Positions 39,901 through 49,739 are shown, numbered from the whole stretch's first letter. The stretch is DNA of 62,937 bases, filler included, from 8 parts of 8 records of this genome joined end to end with filler, not necessarily neighbours in it; one strand, 5' to 3'. The notes: generated by a model not told the origin, from the sequence alone. A program made the numbers and translations.

Positions 39901-41470
39901 GACTACCAATACTTCTGATGATGGTGCAGGTGCAATGGTTACTTTAACTAATCAAGATGGTGATCCAGAACATATGTACATGTTGACTGCCGATGCTACA
40001 GGTGTAATGTTTGATTCAGTTTGGAGAGGTGTATATGATATCGTAGTTGAAAAAGCCGGATATGAAGTATATATGGCTGATTCTGTGCCAATTGAAGAGG
40101 GTGGACTATCTATGGATGTTGAATTAATTGAAATTATTTCAACGCCTTCAGGTCTTGCAGTAATGAATATTGACCAATGGGCTGGAACAGCTGATTTTGG
40201 TTGGTTCCAGGGTGCTGCAGGATTTATGGATAGCTTTGAAGATATGACATTTGATGCTTGGGATGAAATGATTCAAGGAGCAGGAACTCCTGGAGATGAT
40301 GATAAAGCATATTGGGCTGTTGAATTACCTGACGGTGGTATGGCTCCGGATGGAACATATGTGGCTCATGTTGATTGGGGATATACTATTGATACCTGGT
40401 TGATTTCTCCAAATATTAGTATTTCTGCCGGTACAACATTATCATTCCAGTGGAATAAAAGTTACTACTGGTCAGTTGATCCTAATGACAATGATGACCT
40501 AGCAGTTATGATCTCTACTGATGGTGGATCTACATGGACTACTATCTGGACTGAACAGGATTACGGAGTATTTGATAATTTTGTTTGGTATGAAACTGTG
40601 CTAGATTTATCAGCATACTCAGGATCTGCAATGTTTGCATTTAATGTAGCAGGAGATGATAATGCTACAAATGAGCTTGATGTTGTAAATATCAGTACTG
40701 CAAAACGTCCTATTGGAACATTTGCAATCTCTGATAATCCTAACCTTCCAGAGAATGCTAGAACAAACGAAGGTTATAAGTACACATTTAATAATTTAAG
40801 TAGAGCGCTTCAAGGATACAAAGTATACTTGAACGATCTTGAAAATCCAATTGCTACAGATGTAACTGACAGTGTATATCAATTAACAGGATTAACAGTT
40901 GGAACACACACCGCAGGTGTAGCTGCTGTATTTGAAACTGGAACAAGTGATATCGCAACCATTGAGTTTGTAGTTCCTGAACTTACTTATCCACTTATTT
41001 TCAATGTAATGGATAATGCAACTTCAAATATGATGGAAGGTGTATATGTTGAAGTTACTGACGGAACTGATGATTGGGGATATTATACAGACGCGGGAGG
41101 TCAATGTACAATGGACATGGTTAATGGTACTTATGATTATGTTGTAACTATGGATGGCTACGATGATGTTACAGGTTCAGTTACCATTGATGGTGCTGCA
41201 GTAACAGTTGATATTACAATGTATGTGGGTATAAGTGAAACTTCAATTCCTGGATTTGTTGTTTATCCTAATCCATCTAAAGGTGCATTTACAGTGAAAG
41301 CTGATGCAGTCGGAAGTATTGTTGTACTTGATGCAATTGGACAAGTTGTATTAGAAAAAGAATTTAATGATGCAACTACAATTGATATGACTAATGCTGC
41401 CGGAGGTATTTATTTCATTCGTCTGATGACTGATGACAAGGTGAATACTAAACGCTTAATTATTGAATAA
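36923..41470 (+). CDS. Large T9SS-secreted surface protein (cleaved-adhesin-like, carboxypeptidase-regulatory-like and FN3-like domains)
   Basis: Signal peptide; LITPAFD and DTWLISP adhesin-like modules; GGISGTIT repeats; C-terminal VYPNPSKG...GIYFIRL...KRLIIE. Confidence 0.9.
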   Translation: MRNRILSFLMVFCVMAITASAQQYGKIVDQFDEKETVNVLKPDLNKKVFIPFKSNEAMASKVTFISESFDTEIPDTWTINNTGTGTYPGWLWADVWAENGIPMVGHAVIDSDANGSGNTTAGELITPAFDASGAAGLKLEFDARYNDITADGGDLFTVDVYDGTDWVNVATWDEDHGTNDAVETVTIDITAYANAACQVRFVYADGGWDWFAAVDNVVIFEPDPTNLRAIDLVGNPFVTSGQEATFHVIYENIGSEVILGADYSVEVKDTLGNVLGTVAGVDIDPATIDTLAVTFTAGPADTIAIYGYVNFAGDADDSDNETSEMGFIILVEGTYVAQVGMDETFPPNRIPYDFFYKNSASQTIYTPDQLGIGGGLIQMIAYKNSFTTDLSEGKPVKVWIGETTETDMTNGWVDPSTLTLVYDDTLMLPAGVNTIPIMLETPYVYTGGNLVIYTYRVWEDQYYTTGDKFFGTEIPESNCSRQYNSDTEFPDDLSSVEGNVLSWVPNTTLFFSTEGLGGISGTITNTGVPIEGVTVKVVDGYASTMTDADGDYIFPYLLAGDYELALDKFGFEPDTITGITVIENDTVVADGTIDSIATYAVSGTITSSDLLAAIEGAAVTLEGYESYLDSTDASGMFMIEGVYGGTRDYVMTVSYPGYETFMDTITVVDGDLTGVDVVLEEIPYPALSVMAMINESDEAEVNWLAPGSLIPMEFRYDNGIQTGQLGLSSGGTDNTVLGSVHRYVAELHEVSWLTTAEGGPHNTVNVFILDLDETGAPTSTVLYSAMAVENTDMEWNVHTLPSPVETPNGFMIGISYAGFAGLGTTDPDDDYPFTLNTHYYATDYTNGEFGTVEGIGNPDLEKPFMIRAFGYSFGETGVSPMVFGQPDPNHNLEFIANSPVEVKAPQYSDLTVNTKEFVDYTVYRLMEGQEMGDWTEVGTNVTDTSFVDTDWASQSFGLYQYAVVANYSNGVFSEATLSNVLAKDMTVDYTVNVTTNTSDDGAGAMVTLTNQDGDPEHMYMLTADATGVMFDSVWRGVYDIVVEKAGYEVYMADSVPIEEGGLSMDVELIEIISTPSGLAVMNIDQWAGTADFGWFQGAAGFMDSFEDMTFDAWDEMIQGAGTPGDDDKAYWAVELPDGGMAPDGTYVAHVDWGYTIDTWLISPNISISAGTTLSFQWNKSYYWSVDPNDNDDLAVMISTDGGSTWTTIWTEQDYGVFDNFVWYETVLDLSAYSGSAMFAFNVAGDDNATNELDVVNISTAKRPIGTFAISDNPNLPENARTNEGYKYTFNNLSRALQGYKVYLNDLENPIATDVTDSVYQLTGLTVGTHTAGVAAVFETGTSDIATIEFVVPELTYPLIFNVMDNATSNMMEGVYVEVTDGTDDWGYYTDAGGQCTMDMVNGTYDYVVTMDGYDDVTGSVTIDGAAVTVDITMYVGISETSIPGFVVYPNPSKGAFTVKADAVGSIVVLDAIGQVVLEKEFNDATTIDMTNAAGGIYFIRLMTDDKVNTKRLIIE

Positions 41471-41490
41471 TCAAAATTGTTGAAATAATG

Positions 41491-41520
41491 AAAGCCGTCG
41501 GATTCCGACGGCTTTTTTCT
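41491..41520 (+). terminator. Intrinsic terminator
   Basis: AAAGCCGTCGGA-T-TCCGACGGCTTT plus T run. Confidence 0.9.
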
Positions 41521-41541
41521 TTTTAGATACTTTTTAGTTTT

Positions 41542-42234
41542 TTATTCTATTTTGAATTGAGAAAAAATAGTAGACTGGATTTTGATCTTTTTAAACTGTA
41601 TAGTGCCTCCTTGTTTGCTTTGATATGTCTGTCTGGGTTCGTTCATTATTACATTTGAAGTCATCAATCCATAACCTGAATTCGGAACTTCTTTTATTAA
41701 GATTGGGTCTCCCAGTTCTTTATCGATTGCCTCTAATAAATATGTTGCCTTAGCTTTAGCAGCTTTAATTGCTTCAATACGAACTTTTTTCCTTAGAAAA
41801 GTTATGTCAGAATGGCTGGTGTGTTTAATGAATGCATCTTGTATTCCCAGCTCATCAAAGATTGTAAAAACTCCGCCTACCTGTTCAGCAGACCCAACTA
41901 AAATAGTGAAGTTTGCTACAGCAACTACATCTTTTCTTTTCCAACTTACTTTTATATAACTGGCAGCTGCATCACTCATCGTTATAAATTCTTCAGGTAT
42001 TCCAATTTCAACGAGTTCTTTTTTTAAGTTGGTGATTTGATCTTCAATGCTTTCAACTTCACGACCTTTGGTTCTTTCTTTAAGGGTTACGCCAATATAT
42101 ATTTCATTTGGAATAATTTCTTTCTCAGCAGTGCCATAAACTTCTATTGTTGAGATAGGATTATTTTCTGTTTCTTGTGCTATGAGTGGGCATGCAAAAA
42201 GTAATAGTAGAATGGATATCAAATAGTTTTTCAT
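41542..42234 (-). CDS. SIMPL (DUF541) domain protein
   Basis: IEVYGTAEKEIIPNEI; AIKAAKAKATYL. Confidence 0.85.
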   Translation of the reverse strand: MKNYLISILLLLFACPLIAQETENNPISTIEVYGTAEKEIIPNEIYIGVTLKERTKGREVESIEDQITNLKKELVEIGIPEEFITMSDAAASYIKVSWKRKDVVAVANFTILVGSAEQVGGVFTIFDELGIQDAFIKHTSHSDITFLRKKVRIEAIKAAKAKATYLLEAIDKELGDPILIKEVPNSGYGLMTSNVIMNEPRQTYQSKQGGTIQFKKIKIQSTIFSQFKIE

Positions 42235-42296
42235 TGTATTTTGGTTTTAGTTTTAGACCAAATTACAACAAAAAAGACAAATCGATAATAAATAAT

Positions 42297-43484
42297 TTAT
42301 TCTACATGTAAAACTAGACCTTTAAGATACTCACCTTCAGGGTGATATATGCTTACGGGGTGGTCGGCAGGTTGTGTTAATTGGTGTAGAATACGCACTT
42401 TTCTGCCTGCGTTAGCTGCTGCTGCAAATACAGACTTTCTGAAATTTTGTGGGTTGACAGCTTGTGAGCAACTAAATGTAAACAAAATACCATTTGGTTC
42501 AATATTCTCAAATGCGCGCTGATTGATGCGTTTATATCCCTGTAAAGCATTGCTTAAAACGTTATGGTGTTTGGCAAAAGCTGGTGGATCAAGTATGATG
42601 AGGTCATAAGTATCTTCAGCATTGGCAAAAAAATCGAAAGCATCAGCAGCAATACCCTTATGATTGTGTTCTTCGCCGAAATTAAGTTTTACATTTTTGT
42701 CTGTTAAGTCAATGGCTTTTACAGATGAGTCAATTGTATGAACTTTAGTTGCGCCATTGTACATGGCGAAAAGTGAAAAACCTCCAGTGTAACCAAAAAC
42801 GTTGGCTACTTTACGGTTCTTTGAATATTGGCCTACCAATTTTCTGTTTTCTCGTTGGTCAACGAAAAAACCAGTTTTTTGACCTTGTATCCAGTTAATT
42901 TCATATTTAACACCATATTCCTGCACAACGCCAAACTCTTTATTGCCACGTAAAAACATATCTTTTTGCTCGTCTTCTAAAGCTTTTTTAGGTAAGGTCG
43001 CTTCACTTTTGCAATAAATATGTTGAATAGAGTTATCAGATACTTCCTGCAGTGCTTTTGCAATGTTTTCTCTTTCTAAAAACATTCCTACACTGTGCAT
43101 TTGTACTACAGCTGTATCATTATAAATATCAATTATTAAGCCTGGTAAATGATCGCCTTCGCCGTGAATGAGCCTGAACACATTGGTGTCGGGCATATTT
43201 GTTAGCAAGTTTTGACGAAGATCCCAGGCAATTTTTAGTCTGGATTTGTAAAAATCATAATCAATGGGAGTTTCCTCAAAACTCAACACTCTTATCGCAA
43301 TTGATCCAATTTGGTAGTGGCCTCTGGCCAGAAAGTTGTCTTTATTGTCATAAACATCAACAACTTCTCCTTCGATAAGGTTACCATAAGTTTTTTTTAT
43401 GGCTCCGGAAAATATCCATGGGTGATAGCGTTTTACACTTTGGTCTTTTCCCGATTTTAATATGATCTTAGCGTTCGTGTCCAT
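42297..43484 (-). CDS. rlmI: 23S rRNA m5C1962 methyltransferase
   Basis: HPWIFSGAI, GQKTGFFVDQRENR, DPPAF, FSCS, DHP...PEGEYLKG. Confidence 0.9.
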   Translation of the reverse strand: MDTNAKIILKSGKDQSVKRYHPWIFSGAIKKTYGNLIEGEVVDVYDNKDNFLARGHYQIGSIAIRVLSFEETPIDYDFYKSRLKIAWDLRQNLLTNMPDTNVFRLIHGEGDHLPGLIIDIYNDTAVVQMHSVGMFLERENIAKALQEVSDNSIQHIYCKSEATLPKKALEDEQKDMFLRGNKEFGVVQEYGVKYEINWIQGQKTGFFVDQRENRKLVGQYSKNRKVANVFGYTGGFSLFAMYNGATKVHTIDSSVKAIDLTDKNVKLNFGEEHNHKGIAADAFDFFANAEDTYDLIILDPPAFAKHHNVLSNALQGYKRINQRAFENIEPNGILFTFSCSQAVNPQNFRKSVFAAAANAGRKVRILHQLTQPADHPVSIYHPEGEYLKGLVLHVE

Positions 43485-44061
43485 TGTTTTTTAAAGCTAG
43501 CATTCGTTCATAAATTTTTAAGCAAATCCATGCGTCAGTGGCGGCATAACGCAATTGTGGTTCAGTAAGCTCAGTAGCTTCCCAGTTTGTTAATCTTTGT
43601 CGTTTTGAAATTTTTAGGTTCAAAAAAATAGCAGCCATTTTTTTAACTCCCTTTTCTTCTACACCATATTCGTTAACATGATGTTGTAAGTCTATAAATC
43701 CTTCTGGTTCAAACTTTTTCAATTTCTTCAAACCACGTACATCATCTAAAATAGCCGCACCAATTTTTTTTATTTTTGGATCGGCCATTAAGCGAACCAG
43801 TCCGGGAGTAAAACCTGTCTCATGCAAGCGAAATAACCACGCTGTATCATCTGAACTCAATTGCAATAGTGCTATTCCATTTCGAGTTCCTTTGTGAAAT
43901 GCCGGTTTCGATTCTGTATCGAATCCAAGTTTACTATGTATTACTATTTCAGGAAGAACTTCTTCAACGTCTTCAGGACGCGTAATTACTTTGATGGTTC
44001 CTGAAAATTCTCCTTTCGGAAGTTCGTTAATAGTTTCTTTATCAATTGTTGATTTCAACAT
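43468..44061 (-). CDS. 3'-5' exonuclease (RNase D/WRN-like DEDD)
   Basis: GFDTESKP, LLQLS, TNWE...QLRYAATDAW. Confidence 0.9.
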   Translation of the reverse strand: MLKSTIDKETINELPKGEFSGTIKVITRPEDVEEVLPEIVIHSKLGFDTESKPAFHKGTRNGIALLQLSSDDTAWLFRLHETGFTPGLVRLMADPKIKKIGAAILDDVRGLKKLKKFEPEGFIDLQHHVNEYGVEEKGVKKMAAIFLNLKISKRQRLTNWEATELTEPQLRYAATDAWICLKIYERMLALKNNGHER

Positions 44062-44654
44062 TATTCCATCCCCCACTCATTTTTACGCTGCTCAGTGAGC
44101 CAGTTTTCTGTATTCTCTTCAGTTTCTTCTTTTACTTCATTATTTAACTTTTCATTGAAAAAGTAGTGGTGCATTATACGCAATGTGTTAACTAATCGTT
44201 GCCCCCAATATTCTTTAAAAGTACGCACAGCTTCACCTACTGCATCGTGCATTAGTTCATCAACAGATGTGCTGTAAAGTCCTGAGAAATCTTTGATATC
44301 CTGGTAAATATCAGCGAAATTTTCAGAAAGTGCGTTTACTTCATTTTCTTCAAACCGGCCCAGATTTTCTTTATAATCATCTAAATCGCCCATTAGTTGC
44401 TTTGTCTGTAGTTTAACTCTTGTCCATTCTTCTTCGCTTACAAATTTTTCAACTGATTCGGGTTCTTCAACCTCTAACTCAGGCAATAAGTGGGCTTTCA
44501 TATATAAAAGTGGTAATAGCTTCAGGTTATATTTGATGAAACTTTCCTGCGAATATTCATGCAATGAGTCCATCATGGTAATGTACTCTGTAGCTACTGT
44601 TACAAAGTCTAATACATCTTTCGAATACAATACACTTAACTTTTCTTCTTCCAT
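44061..44654 (-). CDS. DUF5063-like Bacteroidetes protein
   Basis: FVTVATEY, LLPLLYMKA, SENFADIYQDIKDF, YWGQ; TAATTTTG -7 box at 44675-44682. Confidence 0.75.
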   Translation of the reverse strand: MEEEKLSVLYSKDVLDFVTVATEYITMMDSLHEYSQESFIKYNLKLLPLLYMKAHLLPELEVEEPESVEKFVSEEEWTRVKLQTKQLMGDLDDYKENLGRFEENEVNALSENFADIYQDIKDFSGLYSTSVDELMHDAVGEAVRTFKEYWGQRLVNTLRIMHHYFFNEKLNNEVKEETEENTENWLTEQRKNEWGME

Positions 44655-44765
44655 AAGGGCTGAAAATTTTGATGCAAAATTAGCAATTATATTGAAACTG
44701 ATTAGATGCTAATTAAATGTTTGAAATATGTTGGGTATGAACTTTTCAACAATCAAGCCAAAAAA

Positions 44766-44794
44766 GGTTTCAAGTTTCAGGTTTCAAGTTTCAG
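44766..44794 (+). repeat. Heptamer tandem repeat GTTTCA(A/G) at the contig end
   Basis: GTTTCAA GTTTCAG GTTTCAA GTTTCAG. Confidence 0.7.
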
Positions 44795-44894
44795 NNNNNN
44801 NNNNNNNNNNNNNNNNNNNNNNNNNNNNNNNNNNNNNNTTAATTAATTAANNNNNNNNNNNNNNNNNNNNNNNNNNNNNNNNNNNNNNNNNNNN
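44795..44894. other. Artificial contig linker
   Basis: Same structure. Confidence 0.98.
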
Positions 44895-44932
44895 AAAAAT
44901 CCCTCATTTCTGGGCAGACACTATCTACAAGA

Positions 44933-45808
44933 TTATAAACGCGACCCGAACAAGCCTTCGGGCTTCCAGGTCACCACAAGAATAATCATCATAAAAGCCA
45001 CTGCATTGGACCACTGGCCGGGCAGATACCCCAGGGTCAGGCTCTCGGCCATGCCCAGAATAAGGGCGCATACAAGCCCGCCGACAATATTTCCGGGACC
45101 GGCGAACAATATTACGGCCAACACTTTTATAACCAGCGTGTCTCCGAAAAACGGATAGGTTGTGCCCAAGGCCATGGCCAGGAAAATTCCCGAACATCCG
45201 CCCATGAACCCGGCTATGCCGTAGCTGAAAAGAGACAATCTGGTTTTGGGCAGCCCCAGGTAACCGGCCGTTACCGGGTCCTGGGCCATGGCCCTCATGG
45301 CTTTGCCCAGGGGCATGCGGAATAAAAGGTAGAAAAAGCCGAGAACCGAGGCAATAGCGCCGATGAAAGTCCAGAATTGCCCTCGGGAAACGGCGGCAAC
45401 GCCAAACTGAACCACCGGGTCGGCGCCGGCCAGGGTTTCGGGGAAACTGATCGGCATGCCTCGATTGACAGCCTGGGATAGAAAAGTGGTCAGCACCAGG
45501 GCTATTCCGATGGATGCGACCATGGATTGGTTGAGCGCTCCCCTGCGGGTGAACGGCCTGAAAAGAGGCTCGCTTAAAAGGCTCAAAAGAGTGCAGGAAA
45601 CAATGGCCGCGCCCACGCCCAGGAAGAGATTGTTTCCGGTTTTGTCCAGGGTGTACCAGGCCGCGTACATACCCATGACCACTATGTGAGGGTACGCGAA
45701 TTGAATGACGCCGGCCACCAGGTACATAAGGTTGAATCCAATTGAAATCAAACCGTACATGCTGCCGATAGCCAGACCATTGATCACTTGGGCGATAAAA
45801 ACTTCCAC
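44933..45808 (-). CDS. livH: Branched-chain amino acid ABC permease
   Basis: QVINGLAIGSMYGL, GKAMRAMAQD, KPEGLFG. Confidence 0.9.
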   Translation of the reverse strand: MEVFIAQVINGLAIGSMYGLISIGFNLMYLVAGVIQFAYPHIVVMGMYAAWYTLDKTGNNLFLGVGAAIVSCTLLSLLSEPLFRPFTRRGALNQSMVASIGIALVLTTFLSQAVNRGMPISFPETLAGADPVVQFGVAAVSRGQFWTFIGAIASVLGFFYLLFRMPLGKAMRAMAQDPVTAGYLGLPKTRLSLFSYGIAGFMGGCSGIFLAMALGTTYPFFGDTLVIKVLAVILFAGPGNIVGGLVCALILGMAESLTLGYLPGQWSNAVAFMMIILVVTWKPEGLFGSRL

Positions 45809-45811
45809 TAT

Positions 45812-46609
45812 TCAGCCCCTTGACTTTTCGGCGCCATCGGCCCCGAAATAGGCGCTCATTATTGAACTGTCGTCATCCAACTCCCGGGGGGTTCCACTGG
45901 CTGCAACGCGCCCGGTTTCAAAGACATAAATCCTGTCCGCCAGTTTCATGACCTGCCGGGCGTTCTGCTCGGCCAGTAGAATCGTGCAGCCCTGCTGCTT
46001 GAGCCCGGCCAGGGAATGAAAAATATTTTTTACAATCAGCGGCGCCAGGCCCAGTGAAGGTTCATCCAGCATCAACAGCCCGGGATTGGACATCAGGGCC
46101 CGGCCGATTGAAAGCATTTGCTGTTCTCCGCCGCTGAGCGACCCGGCCTGCTGATTCACCCTTTCCGATAAAACCGGAAACTGTTTATAGACTTCTTCAA
46201 GTCTTTGCGGCATCTGCTTTCGGTGGTGATATCCGCCCAGTTCCAGGTTGTCCAATACAGACATCATCGGCAGGATGCCCCGGCCTTCGGGCACAAGCGC
46301 CAAACCGGAAGCCACGATTTTTTCGGTTTTTTTATGGGTGATATCTTCTCCAAGAAACCTGATCGCACCTGAAGCCGGCTTTACAGCACCCAGGATCGAC
46401 TTGATAACTGTTGACTTGCCTGCGCCGTTGGCGCCTATAAGCCCGACAATTTCATCTTCGAAAACATCGATATCCACCCCGCGCACCGCCTTGACCTGCC
46501 CATAGGAAACATTCAGATCCCTGACTTCCAGTATGCCGGCTTTATTCCTCGCCAAGATAAGCCTCCACGACTTTAGGGTGACGCCGAACTTCATCCGGGC
46601 GGCCTTCAA
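45812..46609 (-). CDS. livF: Branched-chain amino acid ABC ATPase
   Basis: GANGAGKS, VPEGR, LSGGEQQM, DEPSLGLAP. Confidence 0.9.
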   Translation of the reverse strand: MKAARMKFGVTLKSWRLILARNKAGILEVRDLNVSYGQVKAVRGVDIDVFEDEIVGLIGANGAGKSTVIKSILGAVKPASGAIRFLGEDITHKKTEKIVASGLALVPEGRGILPMMSVLDNLELGGYHHRKQMPQRLEEVYKQFPVLSERVNQQAGSLSGGEQQMLSIGRALMSNPGLLMLDEPSLGLAPLIVKNIFHSLAGLKQQGCTILLAEQNARQVMKLADRIYVFETGRVAASGTPRELDDDSSIMSAYFGADGAEKSRG

Positions 46610-47315
46610 ACAGGTTGCGGCCGAAGTTCAGAGCGGTCACCCTGTCGGACAATTCCATCACCAGGTTGACATCGTGGCTGACTATAACCACTGTAACGCC
46701 CATATCCCGAACCTGCCGGATTATTGCGCCGACGCCTGCCGATTCTTCCGGCCCCATCCCGGCCGTGGGTTCATCCAATAAAAGCAGCTTGGGTTGAGCC
46801 GCCAGGGCCCGGGCTATCTGCAACAGTTGCCTTTCCACCCAAACCAGTTCCCCGGCCCACCTGTCCGCGGCGCCGGACAACCCCACCAGGTCCAGCATTC
46901 CCATTCCTGTTTTCCGCATGCCAGCTTCCTGCTTTGATCTGGTAAAAGGAAGGCGCAAAAAAGTCCTTGGAATATCCGCGCGCTTGCGGGAATGGCAGCC
47001 GGTCATTACATTTTCCAGGCAGGTCATGGTCGGAACGATCAACCCGGCCTGAAAAGTCCTGCTGACGCCCAATTTGGAAATTTCGCGGCCGGGCAAGGCG
47101 GTTATATTCGAAGAATCAAAATTGATTTGACCTGATCCGACCGGCAATATGCCGGTCACGACATTGAAGAAAGTGGACTTGCCCGCGCCGTTGGGGCCGA
47201 TAAGTCCGTGCACATGCCCTTTGAGGACATCCATATTCACCCGGTCCAACGCGCGAACGCCGCTGAAATCCTTGGTTAATTCAACTACTGACAGAATACT
47301 CGGCGAAACGGGCAT
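46542..47315 (-). CDS. livG: Branched-chain amino acid ABC ATPase
   Basis: GPNGAGKST, SRTFQ, DEPTAGM, VVEAYLG. Confidence 0.9.
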   Translation of the reverse strand: MPVSPSILSVVELTKDFSGVRALDRVNMDVLKGHVHGLIGPNGAGKSTFFNVVTGILPVGSGQINFDSSNITALPGREISKLGVSRTFQAGLIVPTMTCLENVMTGCHSRKRADIPRTFLRLPFTRSKQEAGMRKTGMGMLDLVGLSGAADRWAGELVWVERQLLQIARALAAQPKLLLLDEPTAGMGPEESAGVGAIIRQVRDMGVTVVIVSHDVNLVMELSDRVTALNFGRNLFEGRPDEVRRHPKVVEAYLGEE

Positions 47316-47658
47316 AGTATTGAATCCTTCGGGAATACAACAATGTTCAATCCCGATTTTTAAACGCCAGGCGGTTAAAAGAAAGCTTGAGTCAGTTTTT
47401 CAGCCTGCGGCCTCATCACGAAGATGAAGGGGTTAGTCTTCATATGGAAACAAATCGCTTCTCTTTTACGCTGCAAACAGTCCGGTGGTAAAAAAAAGAG
47501 AACGATTGTCGTGATTGCTTTATGACTTTTCACTCATTTCATTGTTAGTGATTATGAACCAATTGTTAATAAAACATCATCTTCTGTCAAGGAAAAAGCT
47601 TGCTGTAATTACACTATCTATAAAACCGGATTAATTAAGATGGATATTGAGAGGGATT

Positions 47659-47709
47659 GAGGCAGAGCCTTGAGAGCGATACGTTCACAGGCAGGAGCCT
47701 GGGAAGGAG
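47659..47709. repeat. Degenerate REP-like palindromic repeat
   Basis: GAGGCAGAGCCTT...CGTTCACAGGCAGGAGCCTGGGAAGGAG resembles the GTTCCCAGGC...GCCTGGGAAC intergenic repeat. Confidence 0.5.
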
Positions 47710-47750
47710 GGGAAAGGCAGTTCTGAAAACCCAAAAATTGAAATAGCCTG

Positions 47751-47779
47751 TTGACAAGGCAATTTATTTGATTTAATAT
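47751..47779 (+). promoter_or_regulatory. Sigma70 promoter of the GntR gene
   Basis: TTGACA-17 nt-TAATAT. Confidence 0.65.
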
Positions 47780-47824
47780 TAAAGCATTTAGCACACATAA
47801 TTAATATTAATAGAGTTTTTTCAA

Positions 47825-48550
47825 ATGTTTATCAAAAAACCGGAAACTCAAAGCACAGTCGATTTTATTGTGGAACAGATTGAGAGCGCCATAATTGAGC
47901 AGGGATTGAAGCCGGGAGACAAGCTGCCGCCTTCACGTGAACTGCAGAAAATGATCGGCGCCAGCCAGGGAACCCTCAGGGAAGCATTAAGGGTGCTGGA
48001 ACAAAAAGGGCTGGTCGAAGCCCGCCTGGGAAGAAGCGGAGGGCTGTACGTCCGGGCCGTGACTTCCGATCAGGTCAGTGAAAGCCTCGGTCTTTTGATA
48101 AGGCAAAAGCAGGTTTCCCTGGAGCATTTGGCTGTCTTCAGGAGTACGCTTGAAGTGTCGGCCGCGTCACTGGCTGCGATTCAGGCCGGTAAAAGGGACA
48201 TCAACAAGCTTAAAAAGCTGCTGGCTGAAGCGAAAAAACATCTGGCCAAGGGCGTTGAGGGCTGGGAAAAGTTTTACAGGGTTGAGGATAAAATGCACCA
48301 GGCCCTGGCCGTTATGACCAAGAATCCTTTGTTTGAGTCTGTTCTCATCACGGTTTACAAGAATAATCCCGGCTATAACTTTGAGCTTATCCCGACATCA
48401 GATGACAACATGAAAGACACCCTGTACGACTGGCGGCAGATAATAGAAGCCATTGAACAAAAAAGGCCGGACAAGGCCGGGTGGGTAATGACCCGCCATA
48501 TACAGAGGTTTTTACCATCGGGAGGTCATGGTTCCGAATCCACTAAATAG
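47825..48550 (+). CDS. GntR/FadR-family regulator
   Basis: LKPGDKLP...SQGTLREALRVLEQKGLV; FCD-like C-terminus. Confidence 0.9.
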   Translation: MFIKKPETQSTVDFIVEQIESAIIEQGLKPGDKLPPSRELQKMIGASQGTLREALRVLEQKGLVEARLGRSGGLYVRAVTSDQVSESLGLLIRQKQVSLEHLAVFRSTLEVSAASLAAIQAGKRDINKLKKLLAEAKKHLAKGVEGWEKFYRVEDKMHQALAVMTKNPLFESVLITVYKNNPGYNFELIPTSDDNMKDTLYDWRQIIEAIEQKRPDKAGWVMTRHIQRFLPSGGHGSESTK

Positions 48551-48645
48551 GAATATCTGAAAAGTTAGATCAAGACATCCAGATGCAATTTAAAAATAAG
48601 CCTGGCAAAAGGCCGTTGACAGGTTCGCCCTGAAATCGGCCGGGA

Positions 48646-49653
48646 ATGGACAAAATAATAATAATGACAAAAAACAAGCCTGAAATATATGTTTTCTCCC
48701 TGGGCGGCACCATTTCAATGAGTTCCACTTCTCCGGGTCATGCAGTGTCCCCGGCTTTGAACGGCCGGGATCTTTTGGAAAATATTCCGGAGTTTAATAA
48801 AAACGACAACATTCATATATACAGTCCATATACGATTCCCAGTTCCCACCTGAAGCTTGATCAAATGATGGTGCTTTTGATCCAAATCAAAAAAATCGCC
48901 CAGGAAAACCCTGAATGCGGCTTTGTTATAACTCTTGGCACCGACACGTTGGAGGAAGCCGCATTTTTCATCGACTTTACTTTTCCATATGAAAACCCGG
49001 TAGTCTTTACCGGCGCCATGAGAAATGAAACCCTGTTCGAATCCGACGGCCTCAGAAACATTCAGGATTCGTTTTTGGCAGCCTCAAGCCCTGAATGCCG
49101 AAACCTGGGCGCTCTTGTGGTCATGAACGGTCAGATACACGCGGCCCGGGATGTAACCAAGACGCACACAACAGATGTGGCAACCTTTAAATCGCCCTCT
49201 TCCGGCCCCTTGGGCGTTATTCATGACAAATCCGTAATCCTGAGGCGAAAGCCTTTTAAAAGAGAATTTATCCGGACTGAACAGTTTGCTTCCAAAGTTG
49301 AACTTTATAAATCAGTAATCGGCGGCGACGGCCTGGTAATTGATCTGCTGCTTGACCATGGAATAGACGGGCTGGTGGTGGAAGCATTCGGAGGGGGGCA
49401 CGTCACGCCCGAGGTATTCGAACGTCTAAACCGAGCCATCTCCCAAGGAGTCCCGGTAGTTGTCACGACCAGGTGCCATTTTGGAGAACTGCTTATCAAT
49501 ACTTATGATTATGCGGGCTCGGAAACAGACTTAAGGGGAATCGGAGCGTATTTTATAAATGGCCTCACCGGCCCCAAAGCCAGGATATGCCTTAGCCTGG
49601 CCTTGGGCGCCGACCCTTCCGGGGCGGGATTATCGGCGATATTCCCGGATTAA
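48646..49653 (+). CDS. Asparaginase/glutaminase family protein
   Basis: LGGTI, GTDTLEE, TGAMR, KTHT. Confidence 0.9.
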   Translation: MDKIIIMTKNKPEIYVFSLGGTISMSSTSPGHAVSPALNGRDLLENIPEFNKNDNIHIYSPYTIPSSHLKLDQMMVLLIQIKKIAQENPECGFVITLGTDTLEEAAFFIDFTFPYENPVVFTGAMRNETLFESDGLRNIQDSFLAASSPECRNLGALVVMNGQIHAARDVTKTHTTDVATFKSPSSGPLGVIHDKSVILRRKPFKREFIRTEQFASKVELYKSVIGGDGLVIDLLLDHGIDGLVVEAFGGGHVTPEVFERLNRAISQGVPVVVTTRCHFGELLINTYDYAGSETDLRGIGAYFINGLTGPKARICLSLALGADPSGAGLSAIFPD

Positions 49654-49739
49654 AACACATTGTCATTAAGTTGGGATGATCGTATTTCCAACAGTTTTTT
49701 TTAAAACAGCGCGAAGAAGCGCAACCGAGGGAGGAAATT

